Source: Pseudomonadota bacterium (GTDB lineage Bacteria; Campylobacterota; Campylobacteria; Campylobacterales; Sulfurimonadaceae). From it: 64,000 nt of DNA. This document shows positions 1 through 9,874 of this stretch, in pieces. Every line of letters begins with the position of its first letter. Position 1 is the first letter of the stretch. Both the position numbers and the translations under genes were made by a program. The DNA lies in assembly GCA_043797085.1 (NCBI GenBank), contig JAZDQA010000004.1:75005-139004 (forward strand), written 5' to 3'. A model generated the notes under the pieces. The model made no database searches, was not told where the DNA came from, and worked only from the letters and a program-made list of their open reading frames with translations.

Positions 1-960
1 GTGTTCGGGTCCTATACCCGGATAATCCAGTCCTGCCGAGATCGAGTGGGCTTCGAGAATTTGACCATCTTCATCTTGGAGCAGATAGCTCATCTGACCG
101 TGCAATACTCCCGGACGACCTTTGAGCAATGAACATCCGTGTTTATCCGTATCGACTCCATGTCCACCCGCTTCGATTCCGATACAGCGAACACTAGAGT
201 CTTCTAAAAAGTGTTGAAAGGTTCCAATCGCATTGCTTCCTCCGCCGATACACGCAATAACATAATCGGGAAGACGATTTTCTTTTTCTAAAATCTGCGC
301 GCGTGCTTCGCAGCCGATGATGGCTTGAAAATCCCGCACCATCATAGGGTAGGGGTGAGGACCTGCAACGGTACCGATGATGTAAAATGTATCACGTGCG
401 TGGGTTACCCAGTGACGAATAGCATCATTCATAGCATCTTTAAGGGTTTTAGATCCACTCTCTACGGCATGAACTTTTGCCCCCAATAGTTTCATCCGAA
501 AGACATTGAGTTCTTGTCTGGCAACATCTTTAGCACCCATAAACACTTCACATTCCAGACCCAATAACGCGGCAATGGTAGCCGTTGCCACACCATGCTG
601 TCCCGCTCCTGTTTCGGCAATGACCTTTTTCTTTCCTAAACGTTTTGCCATAAGTCCCTGTGCGATGACATTATTGACTTTGTGCGCACCGGTATGATTA
701 AGATCCTCACGTTTGAGATAGATTTTAGCCCCCAATTCTTTAGAGAGATTCGCTGCATAATACAAGGGGCTTGGGCGACCGACATAATCGGTAAGATAAC
801 CATCTACCTCTTTCCAAAAGGTTTCATCAAAACGAATTTCATTGTACGTTTGTTCAAGTTCCAAAAGAGCCGGCATAAGTGTTTCGGGGACATATCGTCC
901 GCCAAAAATTCCAAAATGTCCATCAACGGGATCAAAAGGGGAGGGTTTAGGTATGTACAT
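1..960 (-). CDS. trpB: tryptophan synthase beta chain (partial, runs off the left edge)
   Basis: Manual translation of the minus strand from ATG at 960 gives [32 protein letters not shown], and near the edge [16 protein letters not shown]. The start overlaps the apt stop (TGATG). Absent from the ORF track because it is open-ended. Confidence 0.95.
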   Translation of the reverse strand, partial: MYIPKPSPFDPVDGHFGIFGGRYVPETLMPALLELEQTYNEIRFDETFWKEVDGYLTDYVGRPSPLYYAANLSKELGAKIYLKREDLNHTGAHKVNNVIAQGLMAKRLGKKKVIAETGAGQHGVATATIAALLGLECEVFMGAKDVARQELNVFRMKLLGAKVHAVESGSKTLKDAMNDAIRHWVTHARDTFYIIGTVAGPHPYPMMVRDFQAIIGCEARAQILEKENRLPDYVIACIGGGSNAIGTFQHFLEDSSVRCIGIEAGGHGVDTDKHGCSLLKGRPGVLHGQMSYLLQDEDGQILEAHSISAGLDYPGIGPEH

Positions 961-1508
961 CAATCTACTCCAATTACAGTATAAACAGGGGTTAAGTTTT
1001 TAAGTTTAGATTGCCCGTCAAGAAAATCAAGACCCATGATAAAACATCCTTCTACGCATACAGCACCCACTTTGTTGATGAGATTTGCAGCCGCATACGC
1101 TGTACCGCCCGTTGCAATCAAATCATCAATCAGTAAAACTTTAGGACTTTCAATGGGTGAAAATGCGTCGATATGGATTTCAACTTCATCAAAACCGTAT
1201 TCCAATGAGTATTTCTCTGAAACAGTGGTGTACGGGAGTTTCCCTTTTTTTCGAATAGGGATAAACCCAACGCCCAGCATTTGAGCCAAAGCAGCTCCAA
1301 AAATAAAACCGCGAGCATCAATACCCGCAACATGGGTTAATTCATAACTGCTGTATCGTGTATAAAGATGTCTCATAAGGAGAGAGTAGGCTTCTTTATT
1401 TGACAAGAGAGTAGTAATATCTTTGAAAATAATCCCCGGTTTTGGAAAATCCGGAATATCACGAATAGCATTATTTAAAATAAATTTTTCTTCTGTCGTC
1501 AGTATCAC
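960..1508 (-). CDS. apt: adenine phosphoribosyltransferase
   Basis: [19 protein letters not shown]-terminus and PRPP-binding [13 protein letters not shown]. Confidence 0.97.
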   Translation of the reverse strand: MILTTEEKFILNNAIRDIPDFPKPGIIFKDITTLLSNKEAYSLLMRHLYTRYSSYELTHVAGIDARGFIFGAALAQMLGVGFIPIRKKGKLPYTTVSEKYSLEYGFDEVEIHIDAFSPIESPKVLLIDDLIATGGTAYAAANLINKVGAVCVEGCFIMGLDFLDGQSKLKNLTPVYTVIGVD

Positions 1509-1523
1509 ATAATTCCTTTGGCA

Positions 1524-1856
1524 TTAAATAAGTGCATCAATGCGCCCTTCGAGTTCTCGTATTTTATTTTGGAGGCGGTCCGTATCGATACGGTGTTTTG
1601 AGTTGCGTTGCTTGAGCATTTTGACTTCATTGCGCAAATTGTTGAGCTCTTCACTCAAAATATCGACGTTACCAAGCGCACGTTGTAACTGAATTTGGTA
1701 CTTTCGAATCAAAATCTCTGCTTCTTTGAGGGTCAGTTTCATCATTTCACTGCTGCGTTGTTCTTTAACGGTGATGCTTCGAAAATAAAACATCTTGACT
1801 AAGAATACAAGGGCTCCCAGTGTAACAATCGTAAGAAGTGACCACTCTAAAAACAT
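1524..1856 (-). CDS. conserved membrane-anchored coiled-coil protein
   Basis: N-terminal TM helix then heptad coiled coil. The position between rpiB and apt is conserved in Campylobacterota. Confidence 0.75.
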   Translation of the reverse strand: MFLEWSLLTIVTLGALVFLVKMFYFRSITVKEQRSSEMMKLTLKEAEILIRKYQIQLQRALGNVDILSEELNNLRNEVKMLKQRNSKHRIDTDRLQNKIRELEGRIDALI

Positions 1857-1859
1857 TGA

Positions 1860-2297
1860 TTATCCCTTAATCGCATCTATTTTGTCAATTCGACCACAAT
1901 GCCGACCACTCTCAAATTTTCCGGCAATCCATGCATCCAATATGGATTCAGCAACTCCAAGACCAACGATACGTTCACCAAAACATAGAACATTTGCATC
2001 ATTATGACCACGAGCCACGGTTGCAGTATAAGCATCATGGCATAATGCCGCACGAATACCATGAAAACGATTAGCAGCCATAGACATACCAATACCTGAA
2101 CCACAAATCAAAATCCCCTGAGCAGAACTGTCGGACAAAACGTTTTCACATACTTTTACCGCATAGTCAGGGTAATCAACTCTCTCTTTGTTAAAAGGTC
2201 CGAGGTCGATTACCTCATGTCCTTTGGAACGAAGATTTTCAACGGTAAAATCTTTCAGATCAATTCCTGCATGATCCGTTGCGACGTAAAATTTCAT
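1860..2297 (-). CDS. rpiB: ribose-5-phosphate isomerase B
   Basis: MKFYVATDHAG, VDYPDYA, GILICGSGIGMS, ARGHNDANVL. Start moved to ATG 2297 from the track's 2345. Confidence 0.95.
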   Translation of the reverse strand: MKFYVATDHAGIDLKDFTVENLRSKGHEVIDLGPFNKERVDYPDYAVKVCENVLSDSSAQGILICGSGIGMSMAANRFHGIRAALCHDAYTATVARGHNDANVLCFGERIVGLGVAESILDAWIAGKFESGRHCGRIDKIDAIKG

Positions 2298-2305
2298 TTT
2301 TTTCC

Positions 2306-2971
2306 TTAATTCAGTAATAGTTGTAATAATGTTTGTGTAGGCCATACCAAAAGAGGTATTTTTAACGGCGTCATTAAAATGATTATGATAACAATCATTC
2401 CATAAGGTTCGGCTTTAGCAAAGAATTCTGCCACTTTGTAAATCTTAAATTTCAATGCAAGATAACTCACAAAACGAGATCCGTCAAACCCTGGAATTGG
2501 CAAGAGATTTAATACAGCAAGGACCACATTGATTTGTACTAATGACCATGCAAGCAAGATGAAAAAACTATCTTTTATCTCTGGGGTGTACATCGTAGTC
2601 AAGATAACGGAAAAAAGAGTTGCTATAAAAAGATTATACGCAATTCCTGCCAAACTCACTTGGATAGCTGCATTGTAACCACCGTTACGAATGACGGTTT
2701 GCATATTGACAGGAACCGGTTTTGCCCATCCGAATAAAAAGCCGGCAGAACCAAATAGCAGTACCGGTAAATAGTATGTCATAATAGGAACCAATACAGA
2801 ACCCACAGGATCAATATGAACAAGTGGATTAATATTGAGACGTCCAGCATTTTTCGCTGTATGATCTCCATATTTATACGCAACCCAACCGTGCATGATC
2901 TCATGACCAATAATAGCGATTAAAAGTGCTAAAATCGAAGCGATAATAGGCAAGAAATCAGTAGAGTTCAT
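2306..2971 (-). CDS. site-2 protease (M50 family) membrane metalloprotease
   Basis: HEIMH (HExxH) in a TM segment and NLLPIPGFDG (NxxPxxxxDG) motif. Start uncertain (2971 or 2989). Confidence 0.9.
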   Translation of the reverse strand: MNSTDFLPIIASILALLIAIIGHEIMHGWVAYKYGDHTAKNAGRLNINPLVHIDPVGSVLVPIMTYYLPVLLFGSAGFLFGWAKPVPVNMQTVIRNGGYNAAIQVSLAGIAYNLFIATLFSVILTTMYTPEIKDSFFILLAWSLVQINVVLAVLNLLPIPGFDGSRFVSYLALKFKIYKVAEFFAKAEPYGMIVIIIILMTPLKIPLLVWPTQTLLQLLLN

Positions 2972-3776
2972 TATCGTTTGCGTCTTCAATGATTCGTTGA
3001 TCTTGTGCTCGTTTTAAAATAGCACCTTGTTCTAAATCATGCGGTGTTTTACCGATACGATCCCATCGCACTTTATAATCATCGTCGATACTAAAATAGA
3101 CAAACCACGGCGTCCCCTCGATAAGCCCGTATGGGACTGCTCCCCAAAAACGGCTGTCATTGGAATGGTCACGGTTGTCTCCCATCATAAAGTATTCGCC
3201 ATCAGGAACGACAATGGGCGCTGTGTTAAATATTTCTGCAGGATAGATACCGTTATCGATGATATGATCATCGTGATGAATTCCCTCATGCTCTAGGGTA
3301 TAAGGATCTTTTACCCAGAGTTTTCCGTCTACATCTACCAATTCATAGTTAGCAAACATTTTTCGTGTGTATTCATTACCTTCATGCGGATGCAGATAAA
3401 GAACTTTATCCACTAAAAACAGCTCATCGCCCGGCAACCCGACACATCGCTTGACGTAATGCATTTTCGTATCATTCGGATAGCGAAAAATAACAATGTC
3501 ACCACGCTGTGGAGTGTCACCATCTAAAATATGTCCATCCGTTCCGGGAATAAGGGGGATTTCGAGAAAAGGGATGTGAGGCGTAGAAATCCCATAGGCA
3601 AACTTTTTCGCAAACAGATGATCGCCGATTAGGAGTGAGTCTTTCATGGAGCCGCTAGGAATTTTAAATGCCTGCGCAATAAAAAAGATGATAAACAGTA
3701 CGATAATAATCGTCCCTGTCCATGAATTGGAAAACTTATAGGCACTGCGTAGGCCATTCATTGCTTTTGTCTTCAT
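2958..3776 (-). CDS. lepB: signal peptidase I
   Basis: IPSGSM catalytic Ser, YVKRCVG catalytic Lys, GDNRDHSNDSRFWG. Confidence 0.96.
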   Translation of the reverse strand: MKTKAMNGLRSAYKFSNSWTGTIIIVLFIIFFIAQAFKIPSGSMKDSLLIGDHLFAKKFAYGISTPHIPFLEIPLIPGTDGHILDGDTPQRGDIVIFRYPNDTKMHYVKRCVGLPGDELFLVDKVLYLHPHEGNEYTRKMFANYELVDVDGKLWVKDPYTLEHEGIHHDDHIIDNGIYPAEIFNTAPIVVPDGEYFMMGDNRDHSNDSRFWGAVPYGLIEGTPWFVYFSIDDDYKVRWDRIGKTPHDLEQGAILKRAQDQRIIEDANDNELY

Positions 3777-4631
3777 TTAAACTTCTTCTCCATGGTTTTT
3801 TGCTGCTTTTAGAGTATTTGAGAGGAGCATCGCGATAGTCATCGGTCCAACTCCGCCCGGCACTGGCGTGATATACGATGTTTTTGGGGCAACCGCGTCG
3901 AAATCAACATCTCCCACCAAGCGACCATCTTCTGCTCGGTTAATTCCGATGTCAACCACTACACATCCTTCGCTTACCATATCTTCACGTATAAGATTGA
4001 TTACACCGGCACCCACAAAAAGCATATCTGCTCTAAGAGTATGTGAGCGTAAATCTTTGGTATGGATATGGGTAATTGTCACGGTTGCATTGGCATTAAG
4101 AAGTAGTGCCGCCATGGGTTTACCGACAATATTGGACGCACCGACGATTACGGCATTTTTCCCTTTAGGATCTATGTTGTATTCACTCAAAAGCTCCATG
4201 ACTCCTAATGGTGTACAGGGGACAAAACCATCTAATCCTGTTGCCAAACGCCCTACATTAAAAGGGTGAAAACCGTCAACATCTTTAGATGGGGTAACGA
4301 CTTCAAGAATCTTGGTGGTATCAATATGGGCAGGTAGGGGAAGCTGGATTAAAATACCATCAATGTTTGGGTTTTGGTTCATCATTTCAATGGTTTTAAT
4401 GATAGCTTCTTGGGAAATATCATCCGGCATTTCATGCGTAACGGAGTAAAATCCTGCACGATCACACGCTTTTTTCTTCATCCCTACATACGCTTGACTT
4501 GCGGGATCATGACCGACGAGAATAACCGCTAAGCCCGGAACGCGTCCTGTTGTTTTTTTGAACTCTTTGGCTTCGAATGAAACCTTTTCTTCGATTTTTT
4601 TGGCGAGGGTTTTACCGTCAAGTAGTTGCAT
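3777..4631 (-). CDS. folD: bifunctional methylenetetrahydrofolate dehydrogenase/cyclohydrolase
   Basis: YVGMKKKAC, KDVDGFHP, PCTPLG, TPVPGGVGPMT. Confidence 0.97.
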   Translation of the reverse strand: MQLLDGKTLAKKIEEKVSFEAKEFKKTTGRVPGLAVILVGHDPASQAYVGMKKKACDRAGFYSVTHEMPDDISQEAIIKTIEMMNQNPNIDGILIQLPLPAHIDTTKILEVVTPSKDVDGFHPFNVGRLATGLDGFVPCTPLGVMELLSEYNIDPKGKNAVIVGASNIVGKPMAALLLNANATVTITHIHTKDLRSHTLRADMLFVGAGVINLIREDMVSEGCVVVDIGINRAEDGRLVGDVDFDAVAPKTSYITPVPGGVGPMTIAMLLSNTLKAAKNHGEEV

Positions 4632-4700
4632 TTAATCACCGTAAATATAGTTTTTGGGTATGATACCGATAAATAACTAACAGTTGGTTAAAGGGGTGGT

Positions 4701-5063
4701 GTGAAAGTATTATTGGTGTTATTCATAGCCTTTCAAGTGTACGGTGCAACCTCATTTATCACCAAAGAAGAGTATGCGGCAGGTCTTTATCACAATCCAA
4801 GAGGCATTGGCTGTCAAATGTGCCACGGTGAATCAGGTGAAGGTCGAAAAATTGCTTCTTATAAAGAAAAAGGTGAAGTAAAAGTATTTCAAGGAAACCC
4901 GATTAACCGCATCTCATTTCCGGAATTTTACCGTCGTGTAAACAGTAAGATTGTGGGTATGCCTCGTTATTATCTCACCGATACTGAAATCCAAATCCTC
5001 TATTATTATCTTCATCGCAAAGAATTTCGCCGTGCCGCTTCAAAACCCACTCCATCTAAATAA
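4701..5063 (+). CDS. periplasmic monoheme c-type cytochrome-like protein
   Basis: Signal peptide, CQMCH heme motif, downstream MP (GMPRY) as likely Met ligand. The position divergent from folD is conserved in the phylum. Confidence 0.8.
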   Translation: MKVLLVLFIAFQVYGATSFITKEEYAAGLYHNPRGIGCQMCHGESGEGRKIASYKEKGEVKVFQGNPINRISFPEFYRRVNSKIVGMPRYYLTDTEIQILYYYLHRKEFRRAASKPTPSK

Positions 5064-5964
5064 TCTCTTAGAAAATAGAGACTTAGAATCGTTAAAAAAG
5101 TTAGCTGTTCCGGTATACCGAAATCAAAATCAAACACTCACTTTTCGAAGCGCCATGATGGTTTCGACGCATAATCTAAAACATTTGCTTAAAATTCCCA
5201 ACTTAACGGCTGAGTGTTTGATGATAAACCTCGAAGATGGGGTGAGCCCTGAATTAAAACCGTATGCATTGGTTTTATGCGCCTTGGCACTCGCTTCGAA
5301 TCCTATAAGCGACAAAAAAATGGTCGTTAGAGTCAATCCATTGGATGAGGGGGGAGTAGAGGAGATTGTGTATCTCAATGCTTTTATGCCCGATGCCATA
5401 CGAATCCCAAAAATTAGAAGTATTGAAGATGTCAAACGCGCTTTGGAACTTATCGATGAGGGGATTGAAATCCATCTCTCCATCGAGACAAAAGAGGCAT
5501 GGCTGCATTTGAGGGAATTGGCGATTAGTCCGCGTATCAAAGCGTATTATCTCGGAGTCCTTGATCTTTTCGCAGACTTAGGGCTTTCTCAAAATTTATT
5601 TTCCCCTGAAAATCCAACAGCACAGTATCTTCTTTCCCATTTTTTAATTACCTCTCGTGCTTGCGGTGTCAAACCCGTCTCATTCGTCTATCAAGAGTAT
5701 AAAAACAGTGACGGCTTGCGCCATTGGCTCGAATTGGAACAAAGAATGGGATTTGACGCTAAAGGGTGTATTTCTCCAGCTCAAGTGGAACTGATACATG
5801 AATTTTTTGGTTGCAGTGAAGCGGAGTTTAAACGTGCCCAAGAGATCATTCGACTTTTCCAAGAGCATGCTGCTTTAGGGATAACTGGATTTGTTGATGA
5901 TAGATACGGGTTTATCGATGAGCCGATTTATAAAGGTGCTTTGGCGGTGATTAATAGCCGGTAA
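5032..5964 (+). CDS. CitE/HpcH-HpaI aldolase/citrate-lyase-beta family protein
   Basis: INLEDGV, VRVN, IPK, IET, GFDAKGCISPAQV. Start uncertain (GTG 5032 chosen; track gives 4951). Confidence 0.8.
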   Translation: MPLQNPLHLNNLLENRDLESLKKLAVPVYRNQNQTLTFRSAMMVSTHNLKHLLKIPNLTAECLMINLEDGVSPELKPYALVLCALALASNPISDKKMVVRVNPLDEGGVEEIVYLNAFMPDAIRIPKIRSIEDVKRALELIDEGIEIHLSIETKEAWLHLRELAISPRIKAYYLGVLDLFADLGLSQNLFSPENPTAQYLLSHFLITSRACGVKPVSFVYQEYKNSDGLRHWLELEQRMGFDAKGCISPAQVELIHEFFGCSEAEFKRAQEIIRLFQEHAALGITGFVDDRYGFIDEPIYKGALAVINSR

Positions 5965-6919
5965 GATTGTACCAGACTCGATAACGAATATAGGTTTTTT
6001 GTGCGGGTCTTGGATATTGTGCATACGCCAGTTCAATCGTCTCTTTTGTCGTATCATCCAAGATTGCAAAACGGCTGTTTTTTAGATAACGAATATCAGA
6101 AATACTACCGTCGGGATGAAGATAAAACTCGATAGTATTGGTCTCATCAACGCGAAGATTATCAGGAATACGTGAACGTCCGTATCGATCCAAAACTCCT
6201 TGGGTAATACGTCGCATCACCTCTTGATTATCCAATATATATTTTTGCTCCCCTTCAGAAAGTTCACCAAATTTGTCTCCATAAAGTTTTTTGACACTAT
6301 CATTAATTTTGATGCTCGATTTTGAGGAAGATTTAACTTCAGGATCAGCTTGCGAGAGAATATCGTAGAGCCCTTTCTCTTTTTTGGGCTGGGGTTTGTG
6401 CTCTATAGTGGCTACTTCTTTGGCAACATGACGCTCGAATGCTTTTTTCGGTTCAACGGGAACTGTTGGCTGTATCGGTGGTGTGGATTGTACGGTTGGT
6501 GCAGTTTGCTTGGGAACCTGTTTTGGTTGTTGAGGAGTGGGAGTTTTAAGCTGTTCCCCTTTGGGCATGGGACGAGCTTTAGTCATTTTAGGGATTTCAT
6601 TTTTTACCAATGCTTCTTTAGCTGCTTTAGGCTTCTCTTTTAGAGAGAGTTTAAATCGCGATTCACTTACCTTTTCTTCTTTTGGGGGAGGTGGAGGAAC
6701 AGGGGTGATTTTCTCTATAAATGCAAGCAAGAGTATAACAATGATGTGTACCAGTACAGCGATTAGTAAAGCATAAAGAGAAAAAGAGGGACGCTGCTGC
6801 AATGAAAGTTCCAAATATGGTGTAATTGTGGGAATTATAGCCAAATCATTGTAAATGACCTTATATCGGGTTAATGGACGTATGGTTATAATATGAATAC
6901 CTAAGCTAATGTTATGCAC
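5951..6919 (-). CDS. TonB-family energy transducer
   Basis: TM anchor with SxxxH-like IAVLVH, Pro/Lys-rich linker, C-terminal TonB_C-like domain (FYLHPDGSISDIRYLKNS). Confidence 0.8.
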   Translation of the reverse strand: MHNISLGIHIITIRPLTRYKVIYNDLAIIPTITPYLELSLQQRPSFSLYALLIAVLVHIIVILLLAFIEKITPVPPPPPKEEKVSESRFKLSLKEKPKAAKEALVKNEIPKMTKARPMPKGEQLKTPTPQQPKQVPKQTAPTVQSTPPIQPTVPVEPKKAFERHVAKEVATIEHKPQPKKEKGLYDILSQADPEVKSSSKSSIKINDSVKKLYGDKFGELSEGEQKYILDNQEVMRRITQGVLDRYGRSRIPDNLRVDETNTIEFYLHPDGSISDIRYLKNSRFAILDDTTKETIELAYAQYPRPAQKTYIRYRVWYNLTGY

Positions 6920-6969
6920 ATTGAGTGATTTTTTTGAGAATTCAACTTTAAAAAGTCGTATTTTTCTTT

Positions 6970-7043
6970 CGTCATTCCCGCGAAGGCGGGAATCCAGCTT
7001 TGTTTTACGGGGATGGATCCCCGGGTCAAGCCCGAGGATGACG
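6970..7043. repeat. CGTC-type REP-like palindromic heterodimer, copy 1
   Basis: CGTCATTCCCGCGAAGGCGGGAATCCAG (6970-6997) plus inverted TGGATCCCCGGGTCAAGCCCGAGGATGACG (7014-7043). A second copy lies at 25472-25558 in the opposite orientation. Confidence 0.85.
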
Positions 7044-7094
7044 GGAAATAAATTTACTGCTTAAGGTCAGTTACAAAAATAAGGATAAATATTT

Positions 7095-8378
7095 ATGACA
7101 ATTAATCATTCGCAAGAAGCATTTGCAAAAGCTCAAGAACTCATTCCGGGTGGTGTCAATTCGCCCGTTCGTGCATTTAAAAGTGTTGGAGGAATTCCTC
7201 GCTTTATTGCTAGCGGAGAGGGTGCATATCTCATTGATATTGATGACAATCGTTACATAGATTACGTTCAAAGTTGGGGTCCGTTGATTTTTGGACACCG
7301 TGATGAGAGTATCGAAAATGCTGTTATTGAAGCGGTAAAACATGGTCTCAGTTTCGGTGCACCGACGGAAGCAGAATCTGAACTCGCAGAACTTATCATC
7401 TCTATCTATGGCTCGATTGAAAAAGTCCGTTTTGTCAGCAGCGGAACGGAGGCCGTTATGAGTGCTATTCGTTTGGCTCGCGGTTTTACCCTTCGTGATG
7501 ATATTGTTAAATTTACGGGATGCTACCACGGTCACAGTGACGCATTGCTTGTCCAAGCGGGTTCAGGTGCAGCAACTTTTGGCACACCAAGTTCCCCAGG
7601 AGTACCGGCTGATTTTACCAAACACACACTTTTAGCAGAATACAACAATATAGAAAGCGTGCGCAAATGTTTTCAGGAGAGTGAGGGAATCGCATGTGTT
7701 ATCATCGAACCCATCGCCGGAAATATGGGACTTGTTCCTGCCGATAAAGATTTCCTTGCGCAGCTGCGAGCATTGTGTGATGAATACGGTGCATTGTTGA
7801 TTTTTGATGAAGTGATGAGCGGATTTCGTGCGTGCTTGCATGGTGCAGAGAGTATCACAGGAACCAAGCCTGATTTGGTAACACTGGGTAAAGTCATCGG
7901 CGGAGGAATGCCTGTGGGTGCTTTTGGCGGACGTCGCGACATTATGGGACATCTCTCACCTGAGGGTGGCGTGTATCAAGCTGGCACGCTTAGCGGTAAT
8001 CCAGTAGCCATGGCAGCAGGATTGGCATCGATTCGCAAGATCAAACAAAATGCTCGTTTATACGGAATCCTTGAAACGAGAGCAAAGCGTCTAATGCAAG
8101 GGTTTAATGATGCAGCGCTTAAAAACAATATCGGATTACAAACCGATGTTCGCGGTTCAATGTTTGGGTTTTTCTTTTCGAATGAGCCTGTCCATAATTT
8201 TGCCGATGCATTGAAAAGTGATACATCACGATTTGCCCGTTTTCATGCAGGCATGCTCGATGCTGGATTTTATTTTGCGTGTTCACAGTTTGAAACTGGG
8301 TTTATTTGTACGGCGATTACCGATACGATGATTGAAGAGACGATTGCTGCGGCAGAGTCGATATTTGGAGAATTATAA
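7095..8378 (+). CDS. hemL: glutamate-1-semialdehyde 2,1-aminomutase
   Basis: [39 protein letters not shown] (PLP Lys). Confidence 0.97.
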   Translation: MTINHSQEAFAKAQELIPGGVNSPVRAFKSVGGIPRFIASGEGAYLIDIDDNRYIDYVQSWGPLIFGHRDESIENAVIEAVKHGLSFGAPTEAESELAELIISIYGSIEKVRFVSSGTEAVMSAIRLARGFTLRDDIVKFTGCYHGHSDALLVQAGSGAATFGTPSSPGVPADFTKHTLLAEYNNIESVRKCFQESEGIACVIIEPIAGNMGLVPADKDFLAQLRALCDEYGALLIFDEVMSGFRACLHGAESITGTKPDLVTLGKVIGGGMPVGAFGGRRDIMGHLSPEGGVYQAGTLSGNPVAMAAGLASIRKIKQNARLYGILETRAKRLMQGFNDAALKNNIGLQTDVRGSMFGFFFSNEPVHNFADALKSDTSRFARFHAGMLDAGFYFACSQFETGFICTAITDTMIEETIAAAESIFGEL

Positions 8379-8379
8379 T

Positions 8380-8682
8380 ATGGAAACTGAAGAACACAAA
8401 CCACGAATAAAACCAATCATTGAAGGAGCGGAAAGTTTATCGCTTGGAATCTCAATGGTGGTTGCTGTCTTAATCGGTGTGGGAATAGGGCTGGGTCTCA
8501 AAAAGCTCACGGGTATCACATGGCTCTTGTGGATCGGGGTTGCTATCGGAATTGGCGCAGCATTTTTGAATGTTTATAAAGCCTACAGCAAGCAATACAA
8601 AGAGTTTGAAAAAATGGCAAAAGATCCTCGTTACAATATGGGTAAATCTCAAAAAGATGATGACGATGACGACGAAGATTAA
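8380..8682 (+). CDS. AtpZ/AtpI-like two-TM membrane protein
   Basis: Two TM helices with the SLGISMVVAVLIGVGIG pattern. ATG 8380 follows the hemL stop; conserved hemL neighbour. Confidence 0.75.
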   Translation: METEEHKPRIKPIIEGAESLSLGISMVVAVLIGVGIGLGLKKLTGITWLLWIGVAIGIGAAFLNVYKAYSKQYKEFEKMAKDPRYNMGKSQKDDDDDDED

Positions 8683-9169
8683 AAGAACGCTCATCTTTCT
8701 AATAGTTTTACAAACTCCAATAGCCCTTTTACTCTTTATTTCGAAAGCAGTTTTTGCAAGTTTTGAAGTTGCATTACTTTCAGGAGCAGTAATTATCATG
8801 GGATCGTTGTACGCGTATCGAAATATGATCCGTACCCGAACTCTTGATGTGGAGATTGGCGACAGTAAAGACATTATAGATATGATGGACGATCCTTACG
8901 ACATATACGAAGAAGATCGCGAAGGCGAAGTACAAGATATAAAAGAACTGATAAAAGAAGAAAAAGCAAAACAAAAGCAAAATATTATTGAAAATACCAC
9001 TAAAAATTCAGCTGCATGGGTTTCAGTCTATCGATTGCTTCCGTATGCTTTTTTAGTATTAGGTTTTCTCGGACTTCAAAACAATCATTCTTTAGAGCTT
9101 CTCCCTTATTTGACAGGGTTGGGCGTCGGAATTATCGCAGGATATTTTTTTGCAAAAGAGTGGTTTTAA
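8657..9169 (+). CDS. conserved integral membrane protein
   Basis: About 4 TM segments with an acidic loop (DDPYDIYEE). Start uncertain (8657-8666). Confidence 0.65.
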   Translation: MMTMTTKIKRTLIFLIVLQTPIALLLFISKAVFASFEVALLSGAVIIMGSLYAYRNMIRTRTLDVEIGDSKDIIDMMDDPYDIYEEDREGEVQDIKELIKEEKAKQKQNIIENTTKNSAAWVSVYRLLPYAFLVLGFLGLQNNHSLELLPYLTGLGVGIIAGYFFAKEWF

Positions 9170-9187
9170 GCCGTTTAAAGCTAAAAC

Positions 9188-9874
9188 CTACTTAGTGATC
9201 ATCGGGATATTGATCGTTACTTTTGCCTCTTTTATGTCTATGGAGAGGTGATTTTCTTCGGCGAGACTACTCAGTTCTGAAAGGTATCTGCGGCTCATGT
9301 TGGGAGCGGATAGCTCTATGGCAAAGAGTGAATATTTGACATTTTCAAACTTTACGTGCTCTCCGACTCGAAAATAAAGTCGTGTTAATATGCTCATATT
9401 TTCACTGAATGATTGATAGGTTTTGTTGAGTAGTTTAATGAAAAGTTCTGCATGAAGACGTATTTCCGGCAAAGTAGGGTCAAGTTCTTTGGGATAGCGT
9501 ATGGTGCTGCCAATAGAGTTGGAGCTGATACATAAATCAATCAAGGTATAGATATTTATCAGCTGACCTTCTGGTTTTTGTTTGGCAAAATTAAAAGAGG
9601 GGAGCTGATAGAGTCGTATCCCTATTTGTTCTTCATCTTCGTATCCTACTGTGATACCGAAAAATTTAAAACGTCCAAATTCAAGATCCAAAAAGGTTGT
9701 TTTAAATCCAAATGAGGAGCTTGCATAGGTAGTGGCTATTTCATAAAGAACGGAAGCTTCAACCGCACCAAGTACATATTGAGCTTCCGTATTGAGAGAG
9801 AGTATTTTACCATTCGAACTAAAAAGAACAAAGGGGTTGAAGTCAAATTCAATCCACTGTTGATCGAATGTCAT
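9188..9874 (-). CDS. hypothetical protein with PAS-like N-terminus, translationally coupled to rpoD
   Basis: TGATG overlap with rpoD. NPFVLFSSNGKILSLNTEA resembles a PAS-domain start. Confidence 0.6.
   Translation of the reverse strand: MTFDQQWIEFDFNPFVLFSSNGKILSLNTEAQYVLGAVEASVLYEIATTYASSSFGFKTTFLDLEFGRFKFFGITVGYEDEEQIGIRLYQLPSFNFAKQKPEGQLINIYTLIDLCISSNSIGSTIRYPKELDPTLPEIRLHAELFIKLLNKTYQSFSENMSILTRLYFRVGEHVKFENVKYSLFAIELSAPNMSRRYLSELSSLAEENHLSIDIKEAKVTINIPMITK

Noticed and set aside
6974-6993. Neisseria dRS3 / phage integration site
   Set aside because: It matches only the generic ATTCCC-N8-GGGAAT core inside a REP-like unit; no phage or recombinase genes are present.
8640-8682. GAT/GAC low-complexity run as a tandem repeat or phase-variable tract
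   Set aside because: It simply encodes the acidic tail (DDDDDED) of the AtpZ-like protein and the overlapping start of the next gene.
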